NCBI GenBank assembly: GCA_002256025.1
Contig: NKIB01000071.1
Span: forward strand, 1-35,515
Direction: 5' to 3'
Origin: Asterionella formosa
Lineage: Eukaryota
DNA: 35,515 bases
The notes under the pieces are model-generated. The model searched no databases and had not been told where the DNA came from. It saw only the letters and a list, made by a program, of their open reading frames with translations. Below, piece by piece: positions 1 to 12,543 of this stretch. The stretch's first letter is position 1; every line of letters begins with the position of its first letter. Made by a program: the position numbers and the translations under genes.

Positions 1-894
1 TTGACCTCGATCGACGCCCTTTGTCTGCTAATACTGCAGTCATCATTGTTTGGTCTGATATGATGACGCCGTCTCTATATCTATCGAATACCAAGATATT
101 ATTGATTGTGACGTAGACAACATTGGCGGCTGCAATGGATCGTTCACCCATAGCTTTGGACAATATTTCATTTGCGGTCGGTGTGTTGTCATTGTCACCA
201 CTGCGCTCGGGAGATACTATAACTAGATCCACCGATGAGTAGTATAGCATTTCCATTCCCCCAGCCTCGTAGATGTCGACCCCTTCATCCTGCATGGCTT
301 GCAACAACGATTGTGCGGAAATTTCTAGCGTCTCCTGCACATCTGACGTATCATTTTTCTCGCTCGCCTTTAGGACGTCTGCTAGGGTTTTGCTTTGTTT
401 TGGATAATGAAAGCATCGGCATCTACCTTTCTTTCCTGCTTTTAGATCATCACATTTGCCAGTAAAGAATTGGTTCTTGCAGAGTACAGGAGCGATTAAC
501 GATTTATCTCCTTGGTCTAGACCTTCTATCTCCTTCCTGGTTTGTGAATGCTTGTTTGCAATACAAGAAGTTTCCCTAAACGAGCCAGATTGACCTGCTT
601 CTTGTGATTTTTGTTTCGCACTTGCAGGATATTCTCCAATCGATTCGGATCGGGCTTTCCCCTTCCGTTTTGGGTCCACGCTCGGGAGGAAACTTCGACC
701 ATGTCGTTTCCCTTTGGTGTCCTGCTCTTCATCCATTTCAAACAAAGGTGCACTATCAGAAGGAATGATATCAGTCCAGATATGTAATTTCCATGTGGGA
801 TCAGCACGTCGCTCAATCATTTGAGAATGCTGTTCAAGAAAGGCGAGTAAGCTTTGAACCAAAGTTTTGTAGTTAGATCGGTTGTTCTGTTTCT
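1..894. repeat. Left arm of long inverted repeat (partner 34622-35515)
   Basis: Base-by-base comparison: 1-894 is the reverse complement of 34622-35515 with ~11 substitutions and no indels, and ~465-843 is identical. It reaches the window edge, so it may extend further. Confidence 0.97.
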
Positions 895-964
895 GCTTGC
901 GTTGCTTCGACTCGACTCGACGAGCACCGGCAATTTCCACGCGTCTTTGCCAACCCCTGACCAT
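1..964 (-). CDS. 5' part of a hypothetical protein with a CCCH-like Zn-finger motif (copy A), open at the left window edge
   Basis: ATG at 964; stop-free frame to position 1: MVRGWQRRVEIAGARRVESKQRKQKQNNRSNYKTLVQSLLAFLEQHSQMIERRADPTWKLHIWTD...LCKNQFFTGKCDDLKAGKKGRCRCFH (C-x8-C-x10-C-x3-H)...VVYVTINNILVFDRYRDG. Differences from copy B are mostly synonymous. Confidence 0.88.
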   Translation of the reverse strand, partial: MVRGWQRRVEIAGARRVESKQRKQKQNNRSNYKTLVQSLLAFLEQHSQMIERRADPTWKLHIWTDIIPSDSAPLFEMDEEQDTKGKRHGRSFLPSVDPKRKGKARSESIGEYPASAKQKSQEAGQSGSFRETSCIANKHSQTRKEIEGLDQGDKSLIAPVLCKNQFFTGKCDDLKAGKKGRCRCFHYPKQSKTLADVLKASEKNDTSDVQETLEISAQSLLQAMQDEGVDIYEAGGMEMLYYSSVDLVIVSPERSGDNDNTPTANEILSKAMGERSIAAANVVYVTINNILVFDRYRDGVIISDQTMMTAVLADKGRRSRS

Positions 965-1779
965 TGTGAATATCAGCGAAATGGTTGCAGAAAGTTTCTG
1001 TCGTTAATGTTTTAGAGAACCCAAATCTGAACTCAATGATACATTTTGCATGATTTGACAATCAGCCTCAGATTCTAATCCAGCGATAAATTGCGTGATC
1101 ACGAGTTGCAAATCAGCCGTTTCATCCGACAGTAATGTGACACTCTATGAATGCACAGGTCATCATAGGCCAATGTGATATACCGGTTTATGAGCGATGA
1201 ATTCTAAGCAAACCATCAAAGAGAGTTTCCCACAAGACAGAATCCAGAATCCTTTTCACAGAAACAATACAACAAAACACATGTCGGGATTACAGTTCGC
1301 CCCTTGCTATAAATACTGGTCGGGAAATTTACTAAATTTGTCAATTCCCGAGGAATTCAAACCCGGCGGTGATTCTCCAATGCAAAAAAGCCAATTTCTA
1401 CCAAGGAGGAATTCCATTTGGGGGGTTGCTGGAAACTTTTTGGAAAAAGCTGTTCCTTACCACACCAGAATTCTGTCAGATGTTTAAACTGACAATGGTG
1501 AATATCAAGAGGTTTTTCGCTGTTGGCAACAATTCATCAGCAATGTTTGCTCCATGGATGACTCTGTTGACGATGATGGCTGGTTTAATCAGCATCATCC
1601 AACCTTTTGGATCCTTTCTATGCTGAATTCTTGATTTATCAACATTCTGGTGCGCCCATAGATCCTGACACAGCTACTCTACAGGCAATGGCATCAACAC
1701 CGGTATGTGCTGCTATCATTGTTGGCATGCCAATATTATTTGTAAAATCGCTGTCATTGACCAGCTATACATTTTTATA

Positions 1780-2968
1780 ATTTACTCACATAGCTAACAT
1801 CGCTCATCAACAGCCTATCCAGGAGCCAATGGTGATCCTTGCTACTCAAGCAAGACTTGCATTCAAATCGAGGAAGCACACAACAAGCTTCTCAGCAATG
1901 ACAGAGAAAAGAAGTTCATCAGAGCATTTTGTTTTAAGATTATTTTCGAATGTGGTGTTTCAATTTTATCTTGCAAAGTGACCAATTTGGAGGACATCTG
2001 CAAACAAATAGAGACAGAGTTCTACCAGAGATTGCATGCATTCAAGCCCTTAGCTAGATGTATCAAATGAACACCATGAAGCTGGATTGAATGTCAGAGA
2101 GACCATGGAGGCACCAGTGGTGGTTTGCTTGCCACTCTTTGCTTTACGTGACCTTCACCACCTTGACGATAGCGCAAGGATTACCTATTTGAGCGGGCTG
2201 TATTCAGGGACCTGAAGTCTCAGTTTATCAATTAGTGTCAACCACACTATAAAGTGATCAGTGGTGAAACGCAAGATTCTGACAAAGCAGCAATTTAAAG
2301 GGTCCTTCCACATGTTTGGGTGTTTATCAAGAAAGAGTCAATTTATAAAATCAGGAACCGTATGAAGAAAGAGAGCAGGCATACTTCTGTCATCAGTGAT
2401 GCAAAGCTAGAATATTGTCCAAAAGAATTTTACCCACCTGAAGTTGTGGCATTCACCAGGGCATTCCGTGATGATCCCATTATGGCAAGAACAACAACAG
2501 GTGGGACCACAGCAGCAAGAAGTTAAAGTGCAATTGATCGATGACAATGCTGGTTCTCTTACTAAACACAAACTCAAGAGCCGTAATGAGTAAAGACGTG
2601 AGGCTAGGAATGCAAAGAGTCAGGCATTTGAATCAAAGCAATCAACAAGTGTGCATGTTGTTAATGAGAGGAATAGAGTTGCATTAATGAGAGGTAATGC
2701 TGCAATGACACTGGTGGACAACATTAAAGTGAAGAATAAAATGCATGCAATCACGTTGGCCAAGTCTGCAAACTTACCTGGTGGGCGGGTGGTGGGAACG
2801 CCTCCTTCAGATTCACATTCCTAATGTCTTTCCTGCAGCTGTTCCAAATAGAAGTACTGTCACTGCCTGCAAGTATTGAATGCTGATGTTGTATGCTCTT
2901 CTGATGAAAGAAACTCGTCATCTGATGAGGAGGACGATGAAAATAATTGTAGTGCAGTCAGTGAATGA
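1780..2968 (+). pseudogene. Degraded ORF convergent on the Harbinger transposase; possibly the element's accessory (Myb/SANT-type) gene
   Basis: Protein-like fragments broken by stops and frameshifts (e.g. 2320-2526), ending in an acidic tail (SSDEEDDENN) near 2968. The tail-to-tail position beside the transposase fits PIF/Harbinger architecture. No Myb motif was confirmed. Confidence 0.35.
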
Positions 2969-3047
2969 TTAAGTAATTTTATAATTAATTAGCTCCACAC
3001 AATTTCATCTTTTTCGATGCCTTGACGTCTGTATTGATGCACTCAAT

Positions 3048-4560
3048 TTACATATATACTTGTTTCTCACTTCTTGCAGTTGGGGCAACAATAGTGTCCT
3101 CCGCATTTTCAACATCAAAATGATTGCGACCAGCAACAAACTCTGGACTATATTGCTTATTGTTTGTTTCTAAAGCTTGCGCCATCCGACGCTGATGTCT
3201 GTTGTATCCATCAGATCCGCCCTCATTCATTCCTCTTGGGAAACCATCTTCATCATTCACTCCATCAACTGCATCTTCAACATCATCATCGCCAATCGAT
3301 TCTTTCCAGCAGTTATCCTCACACACACATCATATAATAGCAAAATATTGTGAATACAGCAGCAAATAACAACATTCCTAATTTTCTTACTGTTATTAAG
3401 TAGCATTCTTGGATTCTTGAGGATCATGAACCTCTTCTTAAGAATGCCAAAGAAACATTCCACATCTTTTCCTATCGATTCTAGATGATCGCTCCAAATC
3501 CATTCAGCGGAATCATCGAGCTGATGATTGTAGTAGGGAGCAAGCTATCAGCTGCCTGGTAGTATCCTCCATCACAAATAAAATAGGAACCCTTCTCGAT
3601 TCCAACAGTTCCATCTTGTTTGTAGTACTCCCAGACACTGTTGCTCCAAATGCTTGCCTGATTTCTTAAGTTTGTAATTGCGGCATTGAATCTTGCTGTT
3701 GTTTTGTCATCGTCACAACCGAAATGGGTATTCGAAACAGATAGAACTTTTTTGTATGTGAAATTGCAAGGCAAGCATTGGCTGGTGCCTTCTCCTTTCC
3801 TTTCCCTTGCATTGAGTGAGTAGTCCAGCAGGAAATAAATTCCAAAAGAAATGAACACAACGAATAGATCCAATGCAACCAGGCAATCCAAGATTGCGAT
3901 AGTGGTATTGAATATGTTCAATGAGATCAACTGATTCAGGAAACACTATCCATTCATTCTTTATCAGGGTCATCTACCCAACAAATTCATGAAAAAAAAT
4001 CGGGGGTTTTCTGCTGATTCCAGTGAGTTTCGCAAGTGAATCAAAAGGTATATCCCTAACCAGAACTCGCGGTATTGCTAAGACAAGGATATGACAATAA
4101 TATGACTCTTGTCCCTTATTGCCGCTCTTAAGCATGGCATCAGCTTCTCTTAAATTTTCGCTGCAGAGGCAATCAAAGACTTTATAGGGGACCCAAAATC
4201 TGTTCGTGAAAACTGCATCAAGCCTGCTTTAAAGTGGGTTCCATACTATGCCCAACGTAGATTTTTTTCATGCAATAATCAGCCTTGACAATGTATTTAG
4301 AGTAGAAATATGAATTCTTTGATGATTCAGGACCAAAATTTCGCCTTCCTCCTCTCTTCTTTGGAACATCATTCAGCGCTGATGTCTGTTCTTCATCTTC
4401 TGAGCTATCCTCAGCAATCAAGTCCAACACCTCATTGACTAAAACATTGTAGACATTATATTTCCAAGGATCATCAAAACTAGAATCCCTCTGGAAGGAC
4501 AGCAAGAAGGACGACAAGAAGAAGACCATGACGGATGAGTGGGCGATTGTTGATTGCAAT
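3048..4560 (-). mobile_element. PIF/Harbinger-superfamily DDE transposase pseudogene (Plant_tran/DDE_Tnp_4-like)
   Basis: Fragments in shifting frames: LGLPGCIGSI-CVHFFW..PAGLLTQCKGKE, YFICDGGYY, RKDVECFFGILKKRFMILKNP, ICCCIHNILL. Multiple frameshifts. Confidence 0.88.
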
Positions 4561-4646
4561 CGTTCTGGTTTTTATAAATAGAGGATGAAGAGTCGGCCAG
4601 TCTAGTCAGATTCTATTTTTAATTTTATTCTATCTAATGCTTTAGA

Positions 4647-5930
4647 TGTTAAATAAAATTTCCGAACGTGACTAATGTTTCCGAAGAAAATCGTCTGTAT
4701 TATCAGGAAAATCGAGGATTTTCCCAATGTGACTGAAAATATTTTGAGTTTGGGAAATAAAAACCCGGACAGGCCACCATTGGTTACTGCGCCGGAAAAT
4801 GACTCGAAGCAACTTGAGTTTAGAAAGAAAAATTGAATGAAAGAGAATGAAAGTTTGTAAGTCACAATGGATTGATCCAAAGATCGTGACAAGATGAGTG
4901 TGAGACTTCCAACGTTTGATGGAAATCACAAGAAATTTCAAATGTGGAATACTCGACTTGGAGTATTTGGCACAGTTAGCCGATTTGCTGAGGCATTAGC
5001 CCAATAGGTCATGATGCCAGAAAAAGGAGATGAGTTGATTGGTGAAACAACTAAGGATGGCAAGTTGAAAGCATTGGACAACAGGATAAATGATGTAGCT
5101 ATGGCAAATCTGTCAATGGCGTTCACATGCATCTGAAGGAACAATGGGATTGGTGTACAAGGCGCGTGATGACTCCTCCATCGTGGCCAAGTGGGCTAGC
5201 TTATTTGGTAATCGATGCTGTGAAAAAAGAAGAAGTATCGACCTCAAGACACAATTACAAGAGTTGAGCTCAGGCAGAAGCTCAATAAAGTGGCCATGAA
5301 GAAAAAAACAAGACCCTGCTCCATTGTTTGAGCAGGTGAGTAGTATTGAGAAACAATATAATGCTCTGGGGATCAAGATAGATGAAGATGACTTTATTGT
5401 TGTGATTCTAGATACATCACCAGAATAATGTCATGCAGTGCTTATGTCAGAACAGAGGCTTTGAAGCGATAAGTTAGCTTTGAATTATTTGGAATCAATT
5501 TGAAGGCAAGGGAAAACCCCAAAGACTAATGATGGCAATGATGCTTCTGGAATAGTATGATTGAGTGCATTTAGAGGAGTATGCTATAATTTCAAGAAAA
5601 GGGAAAATAAACCAATAAGTTTCCAGAAAATTAGAAAAATGATTAAAATAGTGCAAGACCTTAACAAATGGTGAAAATTTCAATGGAAAATGTCATTAAC
5701 GTGAAAAAGTTCATGGGCACAAAGAAGCCAATTGTTATAAAGGGCCAGAGGGTTTTAAGTCCAGAATTGCAGAGACTGCAGCATCTGCAGTTGATAATGG
5801 ATCAATAGTTGAATTTCTATTGTGTGGAATGACTTTTCCTACAGATCAGCAATACTGATGGATCCGAATGCATGGATAGCAGATGCTGCTGCCGCAGGAA
5901 CAGTCCACAACAGTCCACACATGGATGGCA
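4647..5930 (+). mobile_element. Ty1/copia (diatom CoDi-type) LTR-retrotransposon relic: gag, zinc knuckle and start of protease, 3'-truncated
   Basis: From ~4895: MSVRLPTFDGNHKKFQMW, AMANLSMAFT, WPSGLAYLV, KYRPQDTITRVELRQKLNKV, DPAPLFEQVSSIEKQYN. Knuckle remnant FNGKCH..GHKEANCY (~5680-5740). Protease-like DPNAWIADAAA..TVHNSP (~5860-5920). Possible TG...CA LTR at 4647-4779 followed by TGG (tentative). Confidence 0.85.
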
Positions 5931-6830
5931 TATCCAATTAACGTGAGCGGATTGGCGAGTATAACAGTGTAACATAGAATGTGGAATGTAGATGCCATTT
6001 GTCTAATTTTGATTTGATTGCTTCGATTGTCCGTTTTGATCGCTTCCGCCATTTTTTGAGGTTCTGTACTGTCGTTTTGGTTCTATTGTATCTACCTAAA
6101 CAAGGGCCTATTTATGTATCAATGCCTACTCTTTGAAGATGTTTTGTTGTTGATCTTATTTGTTCCTTTGTATAGTCGTTGACCATGATGTCAATATTGC
6201 TGCCAAGCAAGTAATGATTTTCTTGTTGTACTAAATCAGGTTTGCTATCTTTCTACTAGTACTCGGCGTTTGTATCACAAGCAATGTTAGATATGAATCA
6301 ATAATGGTTGATTCAAAGTGGGGAGCTGATACGGGAGTGGACTGGCTATCAAGCACTGAATCATGTGATCAGGGTTGTTTGGTTGGAGCAGCGGAAGGAT
6401 GACTGCTAGTATTTGGATTCTAGTATATAGCTATGTGAATGGTTTCAGCAACCAAATCATCTGCTGTATAGCATGATACAGATTTCAATTGTGCGTGTTC
6501 AGGGTTTCTATTTATTTTCTGGGTTGACTTCGTCCTTCGAATGTGTGATGGAAAGTCAATGCTGCCTGTGTAAGTAATAGCAAAATGCATACATCTCCAT
6601 GGAAACTGATACTTTTGCTTCATTTCTAAGCAAAAGAATTCTTTTTATTTCTCGCAATAATATGCTACTTTTTATATTTTTATATCATCCTTTGGTTGCT
6701 CCAAACATCATGTTCAATTTTTATTGATATTGTATGCTATCATCATTCTCTTGTGTTTTGATCCTCATTCTAGTACCATGCAAAATATGTATATCTATAT
6801 ATATCATATATTCTACTGTGCGTCATTTCT

Positions 6831-6953
6831 GCTGTCATGCTAAAATCTGCAATTCTATTGCCGAAAATTCCATGTGCCCCATATTGCCCCTAAAAAATTT
6901 ACTTAGAGGTGTGTACCCAAATGGCAACAAGATAGCTGGAGTGGTAATTGCCA
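6831..6953 (+). repeat. Dispersed repeat; inverted copy at 29294-29445
   Basis: gctgtcatgctaaaatc.gcaatt..a.tgccgaaaa...ccccatattgcccctaaa..ttacttaga..gtacccaaatggcaa...gatagctggagtgg.aattgcca matches the reverse complement of 29294-29445. Confidence 0.85.
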
Positions 6954-7607
6954 TTAAATTATAAATTGATATGCTATGCGACATATTGCACTTCTTTTTG
7001 CAGCCTCGATTTTGTTCTTGGAACTTCTTTGTCAGAGCACTGCAGCTTAACCAGATTTTTGTTTTCTTTTTTTTTCACTGCGGTTGCTCGCTTTGGCAAC
7101 ACATCGTCCACTTCGGCCCACAAGTCATCCAGCTTGAGGTTGCTTTCAGTGACAAAATGATATATGTTTGACTGGATTTTTTAATTGGAAAAATATCTTT
7201 GGTCGATTTGTTGAGAAAATCCAGCCTTTTTTCAATGGAAATGATTAGGTAGAAGTTCCAGTTTTGTTTGGTATGACTGTGCCCAATTGTTAATTTGCAT
7301 ACCTTATTGATGACGTCTTTACCCATTTTCTCGTTTTCCTTGTCATCATGATTGTTTTTTGCTGAACCCCTTTCATATGCTGACTCTTTGTTCATACTTT
7401 GGTCAGGACTCCTTGCTCCTGATGCACTGGCTGTCCATTCCTTTTTTCTGGAGTGTTTAAATCTGGTCTCCAAGATGGAAACTGAAGATTTAATTGTTGA
7501 TGATCCATTTTGTTTTCCTCACTTCAATGATTTTTACTTCAACATCATCTTCACTTTTGACTACAATCATCAATGAAATTCAGAGATACTCACAAAATGC
7601 CTGTTTC

Positions 7608-7858
7608 TTAGAATGCTTGAAAAACATGTATCAAAATCAGTCAATTGCATCATCATTTGCCACTTTCAAAACTTTTTTGATGATGGGCACTGAATATTTC
7701 TAAAATCTTTGGCTCACTTGCATTCTTCGCCACGCCCACCAAATATCTGTGTATTAGAATGCTTGAAAAGCATGTATCAAAAATCTCACAATTGCATCAC
7801 TTTAAAACTCGCTTGACTATTGGCACTGAGTATTTCTAAAATCATTTGCTTAACTGCA
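7608..7858. repeat. Degenerate direct duplication, two ~105-115-bp units
   Basis: ttagaatgcttgaaaa.catgtatcaaaa...caattgcatca...ggcactga.tatttctaaaatc occurs at ~7608 and ~7754. Confidence 0.8.
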
Positions 7859-7937
7859 ACTATCACCATCAATTTACATAAAAGTCCACATTTCCAGGCG
7901 TCAAGAAAAAATAATGCAATTGCTCAAGAGATTTGTC

Positions 7938-9346
7938 TCAAACATCATCGCCATTGCTGGAACTATCAAGTGGTCCTTCTTCTGTGTCAGCAATATCATG
8001 GAGCCGATCAAGGATTTCATCTTCGTTGGCGCCGTCAAGTGAAGACGTGTCAATAATATGATCTGTCTCATGAAATGGTTTGGTTGGAGATTGCATTGCT
8101 GCATCATCGCTTGCTATGGAGTTTGGCGAACAGGGAAGGGTTTCTGTTGTCGCACTTTCAGGGGAGGTTCCCATATCATTCTCGTTTGTTGTCACAACTT
8201 TCGGTTTCAGAGCAAGTGAATCGACTGCTGCAAGCGATCCTGGAACAATCGCTCCTTCACAATAAATGTAGCAGTTGCCATCGGCGGCAAGCTCGCGTGG
8301 GGCGATAGTTGCATCAACAAATACAAGGTCTTTCTGAAACGTCTCCTTGCGTCGCCTTCTTCGAGTTATAAAAATAGATAGCAATGATAAAACAAGGATG
8401 GATCCTACAGCAATGAAAGCAATTCCAATGGAAGTGACCCCAGCGTCTTCTCCTGAATCTGTATTGAACGCAACGTTGCGGTCGCTGGTACTCGAGGCGC
8501 CCCCATCATCCGCTCTTGTACCAATAAAAGACACTTTACTCACGCTCCCGGAAGCGTAAACGTCGTCGATCATACCCTGCTTAATCACTTGCAAAATTCC
8601 ATTCCGAAGATTTTCTTCCAGAACTGGTTCCTTGATGAGATCAGCGGTAATGAAAGCAGTAATTGCACCAATCATCGGCTCACAACCAGAATCTGAGATC
8701 GACGAGGATTGAACAGGAACAATGCAAGTGTCTGTGAAAGTAACAACGAGTAAGAAAACGAGACTATCCATATTCGCGTGAGAATCCATTAAATAAACCT
8801 ACCAAACTTTTCATCAATCATGTCTGCTGGGGCAGAGCCAACTCCAACAAAATATCCCAATTCGTTACTTGTCAAGGATTGCAGCCTTCGATTGGAGCTT
8901 TGTCGATTGATGCTGGAAACAACACTCTGTGTCGCGCATGTGTCTAGTCCTGTGAACGACGCTAAGTGCTCCAAAATCGATCCCTCCAGTGCTCGTAGCG
9001 TTTGGTTGAAGTCAGCACCCACTTGAGTCCACAACTCATACTGAAACGATACCACCAACGCAGAAACTCCTGTTGTGTTTTTCGCAATTCCAGTTGCATT
9101 TGTAGTATTATAGGTTAATCCTCGTTCTTTGAAACAATCGAATGATGTAATGTTACAAGGACCAGTGGTTTTATAAACATATGATGGACTTAATGGGTCG
9201 TTTGAAACCCTTTCTTGGCATGAACTGATATAGAGCACCGAAAATGGATCTGTCTCGTTATCGCTCAATTCTCTCCACGGCAGAATAGGCAACAGCAGTC
9301 CCCGACGTCTCAAAGAAGGCATACCGTCCGAGACAACAGGCATCAT
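7938..9346 (-). CDS. Single-pass membrane protein with RXL (RRL) motif and acidic cytosolic tail; 2 exons (9346-8803, 8731-7938)
   Basis: A GTAGGT...TTTCACAG intron at 8802-8732 joins the two ORFs in frame (EKF-D-TCIVP). TM helix IGIAFIAVGSILVLSLLSIFI is followed by RRRRRK; NRRLQS motif; N-glycosylation sequons. Confidence 0.8.
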
Positions 9347-10083
9347 TCAGAAGGCAATGGTGCAAAGCCCGCGAAGCAGCTTGCCAAGTCGGCTTGTCCA
9401 AAATCAGCACTGTTGCGAGAGTGAGGTTTTCCTTCTGTTCACCTTTTCGTCTCTCTATAAACAGCAGAGGATGAGGATGCTTCCTTCCTGTCACACGTGA
9501 ATACTTTCAACAATGATGAGGCAGATCTTGATTGAAAATGTGTTTCTTTCTATATAGAACGGAATATTATCCGGAAACAAGTGATGACACAAACAACGCA
9601 AATGCATGAAGCTTGGTTTTTGTCTCTATGTACTTGGAACATGATGTATCATTTTGTTCCTGTCAAAAGTCATGCCCTGCCTCCTCCCGAAGAAGCTTTT
9701 GGCGGTGTCACTGGCACATCCAGCACAGCAGTTAAATCCAGAATACTTCGCATTTAATAACATGTTGCATTGTATGTATGATACACATATATTTATGACA
9801 CTCCGACAACAACGTTCGGTATCGACTCTCGCCGGCCGGATAAATCGCCTTATTTTTAAAAAGGTTCTCAACGGACGCGGAACCATGTGGCAAAAAACTT
9901 ACGTAGCAACTTTCTAACTTGGTGGCCGGCGGAGCATCAAATCATAGTGTTCACCCACATCTATATATATCACCGGTAGTTAGCAACGAGGGCTCGTAAT
10001 AAATGCACCACGTCGGCGCTCATACAGGAAGCCAATGAATACTGTACCTGATGTGACATACATGCAAGTTGCAGTAATTTTGC

Positions 10084-10400
10084 TTATTTCACGATCTTTA
10101 TATGCTGGGTAACTGTGCATGTGTGGTAACACTCAGAACCTTGTCCAACTTGACTTCCTTGGCCAATCATGAAGCACAAGCTCCAATAATGCTCCAGCCA
10201 AAAGCCCTTAGTATTAAAAAAATTATTCCAACCAAATGGTGTATATGATTTGATTTGCATGGGGGGATGAACAGAGTGAAGGAGAAAAGTATCAGCCATA
10301 GAAATATCAGTAAGAGCCAGAGTGGGAGGAGCAGCATGGGCAGAAAGCGCCATGGTCAAGGGTGATTGAAGCAGCAGAAGAACTGTGGGAAGAAAGCCTG
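10084..10400 (-). pseudogene. Possible non-LTR retrotransposon C-terminal fragment
   Basis: PFGWNNFFNTKGFWLEHYW resembles, from memory, the 'IGW-NF--G-----W' motif seen C-terminally in algal LINE ORFs. Short and degraded. Confidence 0.25.
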
Positions 10401-10879
10401 TAGGCCGTGTACCATTGTAGTATAATTAATAGAGGACAAGTACCCAAGACATTTAATGTTGCATTGTTGAAAAAGTGAGTTTATCCATGATATATACATG
10501 GTCAGCCAGAACACCAACCATTACCAGCAGGTTGTAGCTGCAATCGCGAAATCGAGTATCGGTACCAGATAGCATGAAGAATGTCATCATATCCCGGTAC
10601 TACCAGTATCCAGGTAGACTGCCAGTATTATCTGGTCATCTGGCTGGTACTACTTACTACCTGGAAGGTCCAGTAGTGCATGTCTTATGCGCACCTTTTC
10701 AGTTACAATTAACTGCCAATGATATGTCACATGCCTGCAAGACGAGATAAGCAAGCTTTCGATGAAAATAATATCATTCCTAAATTAATTTTGGAAATCA
10801 TTAGACTTTTATTGACCAATGACGATTTGCAGTATCAAATTCTGAACACAACTTGGATTTGCTGCATGATGAACCTGTT

Positions 10880-11457
10880 CAGCAAACCGTCTTCTAGCTT
10901 CGGAATCCAAAAAGGAATCATTATGTGTTTACAACTTGCTGATAACGACTAGAACTCGTTGGCAAATATGAATAGATTTTCTGAATGACCCGTTTGCAAA
11001 TGAAGTATATACATTAGCTAACATACACAACTATGAACTATATACCCCTTAATAGCCGTGCTAATGATACTATGAACAACTGTATTCAGCCGCTGGAAGA
11101 CGGTTTGCTATACTGGTTTAGCAAGCAGCAACTTTTATGTAGTCGTAGTCAGTAGCTTCTAGTTGCTTGTTTTCAACAATTTCTATTAATATTCAGCAAT
11201 TTATATTTGTGATAATGATTACTATGACCATAGATTTATATATTACTACCTTACATATGTTCATTACCACGGCTATCAGGGGTACCAGTTGTATGTATGA
11301 TATGAAAATATCTACTTCATTTATGCAAAGGATCATTCAGAAAATCTATTCATAGCTATTCAGCAACAATTTCTAGTTGCTGTCAGCAGATTCTATTCTT
11401 AGTCAGCAAGTTCTAAACATTGAAAGACATTCTTATTCATTTTCCGGAACTAGAAGT
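10880..11457. mobile_element. Foldback/MITE-like element with ~190-bp degenerate inverted arms
   Basis: 10890-11075 pairs with 11250-11457: tatgaatagattttctgaatga vs tcattcagaaaatctattcata; atagccgtg.taatga vs tcatta.cacggctat; aacttgctga vs tcagcaagtt. Non-coding. Confidence 0.7.
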
Positions 11458-11859
11458 CAGCATAGCCCATCATCAAGTTCAAGAGCTTTTGCACATGAAT
11501 CTGTTGGTCATGTTGGTGTGGATTTGCCATGCTCAACATTAAAAAGGTAATAGATCAACTAAATCATGTTTTCCTGCACTACTTGATGTTTTTACCTGTA
11601 GCGCTGCTCATGGCGGAGATATTGATAAATCAAGCGGTGTGGGAGCCTACCCGGGTATTCTGTTTTTGAGTAAGGAAACCAACAAAATAATTCCGACATG
11701 ATCAATTTGAGTTTAACAAGGGATTTAATTAATGCGCAAAATGTTATATATAATAGGGTCAGGGTTTTTGCTAAGACCCGGTAGTAGGTCTACGGGGTTT
11801 ATCTGTTGGCCCCAGAAATTGGACCCAGCCGTACATAAGCTACGTCTTGATGCTAGGTG

Positions 11860-11945
11860 TAGCAGGTACCAGGTATCAGTACCTGGACCATGGTAAACAG
11901 GTACTCCCTGGTACTCCCCGTACCCAGGTACCCTGGTACCGTATT
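11860..11945. repeat. GGTACC/CCAGG-rich low-complexity tract
   Basis: caggtaccaggtatcagtacctggaccatggtaaacaggtactccctggtactccccgtacccaggtaccctggtacc. Confidence 0.7.
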
Positions 11946-12543
11946 CGTGTTCTCCTTCTGATCGTTCGTGACTCCGGATGTCTTTGTTAAGAACCGGGAA
12001 TAGTTTTCTTTTCGTCCTGTAAATATGTACAATATGTGATACCGGTACGCCGGTATGTATATACCGGCATATATGCAAGCGAAAAAATAAGTGGGCCAAA
12101 AATGACATCAGCATCTACGCAGCACTGCTACGTATCGGTAGCTATGGTGCCAGTTACCTGGATATTAGCGATTGGAAAACCAACTAACCACCCACCACAA
12201 AAGACTCGCTCTGCCCCTGATAAGAAGAAAATGTATGTACATGTCTATATATAATGATGGAAAAAATCAGACAAGTATCAAATAAGTATATTGACTACCT
12301 AAATTAAACAGATATACGTGCCGGGATATAACGGATATATAAAATACTCACGATGAGAACAAAACAATTTTTGATCACAGCAAGTCATCGACATCACCCA
12401 TATAGCTTTGTCCTTTTCGAATCCTCGTTGACGACCCGTTCTTGTCACTCTAGCAGCATACGCAAGCTGAACATATAGTCTAGCATCCTCCATTCTCTTC
12501 AAAATTATATTCTTTTGAAAGGGTTTTCTCAGACAAGTTCAAA

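Noticed and set aside
526..816. 96-aa ORF (and its twin at 34700-34990), plus 235-465
   Set aside because: Out-of-frame or antisense shadows of the longer open frame starting at 964 / 34549.
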